64,000 bases of DNA from Harriotta raleighana. Its lineage: Eukaryota. The notes under the pieces are model-generated. The model was not told where the DNA came from, did no database searches, and worked only from the letters and a program-made list of their open reading frames with translations. The DNA lies in the NCBI GenBank assembly GCA_050575255.1, contig JBNZDD010013719.1, positions 3,463,572 through 3,527,571 of the forward strand, in the 5' to 3' direction. This document shows positions 61,460 through 64,000 of this stretch, one piece after another; within the stretch, counting starts at the first letter, position 1, and every line of letters starts with the position of its first letter. The position numbers and the translations under genes were made by a program.

Positions 61460-63817
61460 GCAGCAGCGGCTGGCAGCTTCCAGCTTCACCTCAATAACGT
61501 CATGTGGAGCCTTGAGGCTGCGGGCCACGATGTGCCAGGGGGGCATGAGGAACTCAGGGGTAGGATCGAGGGGGGCACACCTTCCTTCACATGTGTCTGA
61601 AGCACTTGCAGTTGGCCCCTGCCACCCAGCCCTGTACATATGGCAGCGCAATGACCCCGCTCCTCACTAATGGCCCAAGGCTGCACCATAGCCCGAAGAC
61701 TCCAGTCCTCATCCCATTCACCTTCACATGGCCGGTGAGTGAATATGTCACCTCACCAAGGGGTGGGGGGAGAGATCAGAGACTCAGACATACAGAGAGA
61801 TCACATAGTTTGGAGCCAACTGTGCTTGAGCGACAGATTTGGGATGTGAGGGAGGGGAGGTGGCTAGTATACCAGGGGGAGCGGATAGGTTTGAGATGCT
61901 ACATACAGCTGGGTAAGCAGGTGTGTAGCGTAAGGAAACTTGCCCAAGGTTTCACTCTAAAAGATTAGAAAAGCATTTTGAGACTTTGATAAGAATTGAA
62001 AAGTGCTATATCAAATGCAAGGATTATTATTATTATTAAAAGTCAAGTCACCGAAAGAGAAGAAGAGAGCTGCCCGCTTCCTCTCTCCAGTCTCTCAGCT
62101 CAGGCAGGGTCACAGATATCAGCTGCTGATTTGTATTGGAACAAGAAGGAATACTCTCCTGCTTGTGTGTTTGTGTGTCTGTCTGTCTGTCTCAGGGTAC
62201 CATCTCTCTCATCCTCGAAGCCTGGAGCTCCAGCTCAGAATCCCCTGCTCTTAGTGAGTATCCACTGTTCCAGCGCATCGGGACATCCTCCCAACATGAA
62301 AAGCGCTATGCAAATATAATTTTATATTGTAAAGGGGTGGAGTGGGCAGGGTGGGGAGGGGGAGGCTGACAATGGAAAATAATGTAAATTCCCAGGGCAG
62401 GTTAGATTCCATGTGAATGGTGGGAGGATTGAGAATGTCTTCACTGTGTCCACCAGGCTATGGTCAGACCACACAATGCCTGTTTCCTGTGGGGGCTATT
62501 TTGGGCGTGGGAAGGAGAGGGCCGCCATGGGGAGGGCGCTTTCTCACAGCTGTCACAGCCTTTTACTGTATTTTACACCACGGAGTGACGCCCCACTCCC
62601 CACTCAGGGAAGCTTTACTACTGTTGGGAATGAGCGGGAAGAGTTTAGTAAAATGATTAGATTCATGTCGTTCATTGTCTCGGCCTTTATCACAAACCTT
62701 TTGACATTAAACATCAAACTAACTTCCTGAGCCCGAGAACCGGGAATTCTCTCCTGCAATCTTTCCAATTCCCTCACGGCTTTGACTGCCCACAGCAGTT
62801 ACTGTGTGTGTGTGAGTGTGTGAAGCTTTAACCCTGTGTGTGAGTGTATCAGCTCCTCTGTGTAACACCTTCCCAGTATGCTCCCACTCTCAAATGATTC
62901 TCTCCTCCACCAGCTCATTTTGCTCTCCATCCCTCTCTTTTCTCCTATCCTTCCTTTTTAAGTATCTATCCAATTCCCTTTTGAATCTGCTTCCCCCACC
63001 TTTCCAGACACCTACTTTCTCTCTGCAAAATCGTACTCCTCTTTTCCAATACATTGTGACATCTACATTGACTCCCCCCACACTCTTCCCTTTCTCCTGT
63101 CTCCCACACTCTGTAATGCATTGCCTCAAATTATGGTGGAAGCTGATTCAATAAGAACTTTTAAGAGAGAAGTAGCTGGTTATTTGGGGAGGGCAGGTTT
63201 GCAGGTTTATGGGGAGAGAGCGGGGGAGTCGGATTGATTTGGACAGCTCTTTGCAAAGAGCCAGCACAGACACAATTGGCCAAATGGCCTCCTTCTGAGC
63301 TGTATAATTCTATGATTCCCTTTACATAGGAACGTAAGAATCAGGAGCAGGAGAAGGCCATTCGGCCCCTCGAGCCTGCCCCGCGATTCAATAAGACCAT
63401 GGCTGATCTTCTAATCTAACTCCACCTGCCCTCCTTATCCCTATATCCCTTAATCCTTTTATCCATAAGAAATCTATTAACCACAGTCTTTAATATGTTC
63501 AAGGACTCAGCATCTACAGCCCCTTGAAGCTGACCCTCGCTGTGTGTCGGTCCCACAGACAGCACGGACTGGGAGCTGCTCTTGAGTCGGTTTGTGGTCC
63601 AGCGGAAGGTTCCGGTCAGTCCTCGCTGGTCCCAGGACACACAGAGGGATGGACACACCCGGATCATGTTCTCTTACAGGGTGGTGTGTGACGCTCATTA
63701 CTATGGCGAGGGCTGCTCAGTTTACTGCCGGCCACACAATGATACCTTCGGCCATTACTGGAGCATGACGGGCAGCGAGTGTGTGAAGCAGGCTCAGCCA
63801 AGAATACTGCACTCAAT
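61460..63817 (+). pseudogene. Delta-like Notch ligand gene, frameshifted (exons 61460-61734, 62196-62253, 63559-63817; possible signal-peptide exon 59432-59470)
   Basis: MNNL/C2 motifs AGSFQLHL, HTFLHMCLKHLQ...PCTYGSAMTP...IPFTFTWP|GTISLILEAW and DSL motif YRVVCDAHYYGEGCSVYCRPHNDTFGHY, with Delta-type exon boundaries; frameshifts in the first and third listed exons. Confidence 0.85.
63125..63530. mobile_element. Two CR1 3' ends, tail-to-tail (+ strand 63125-63318; - strand about 63322-63530)
   Basis: aattctatgattc tail followed by a reverse-oriented tail (taagaatcaggagcaggagaaggccattcggcccctcgagcc). Confidence 0.75.
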
Positions 63818-64000
63818 GTATGCCATTCAGTCAACAACACTGACACCACAGTTACCACAGCACCATCAGTGACATACAGCGCTGTTCTCATGCAGTGTGG
63901 GTGGAGAATGTAGAAGGAGCTTCACTCTGTCTCCAACCTACGCTAACCTGTCACTAGTTCACACTCCCAGGTCAGGATTAGAGTCACAGTAAAGCTCCCT

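Noticed and set aside
61460-63817. Calling the Delta-like locus DLL4 from synteny alone
   Set aside because: The DSL motif looks more DLL1/deltaB/deltaC-like and the frame is broken, so no gene symbol is assigned without a phylogeny.

Overview
Vertebrate genomic DNA, not prokaryotic. The SINE, CR1 and L2 repeats and the GPR139-like receptor expansion suggest a cartilaginous fish, probably a chimaera (inference). 841-23831 (- strand) holds the 5' part of a beta-V/beta-heavy spectrin gene (SPTBN5). I traced 32 coding exons by hand with consistent splice phases (about 1927 codons); the gene runs off the left edge. It keeps a degenerate SH3-like insertion of the invertebrate beta-H type. Two exons appear twice in an apparently exact 1275-bp duplication around a single N, most likely an assembly artefact. 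The 27-57 kb interval is a decaying duplication zone: four GPR139-like GPCR pseudogenes, an orphan SLC25A26-like fragment, an inverted segmental duplication that preserves the empty site of a CR1 insertion, a TA-flanked Tigger/pogo-like element, and two composite arrays of degenerate telomere-like repeats with inverted ~19-bp satellite arms. At the right end, head-to-head with SPTBN5, is a frameshifted Delta-like (Notch ligand) gene. No CRISPR array, rRNA or true tRNA gene was found. All coordinates were read by eye, repeat boundaries are approximate, and homologue comparisons are from memory.
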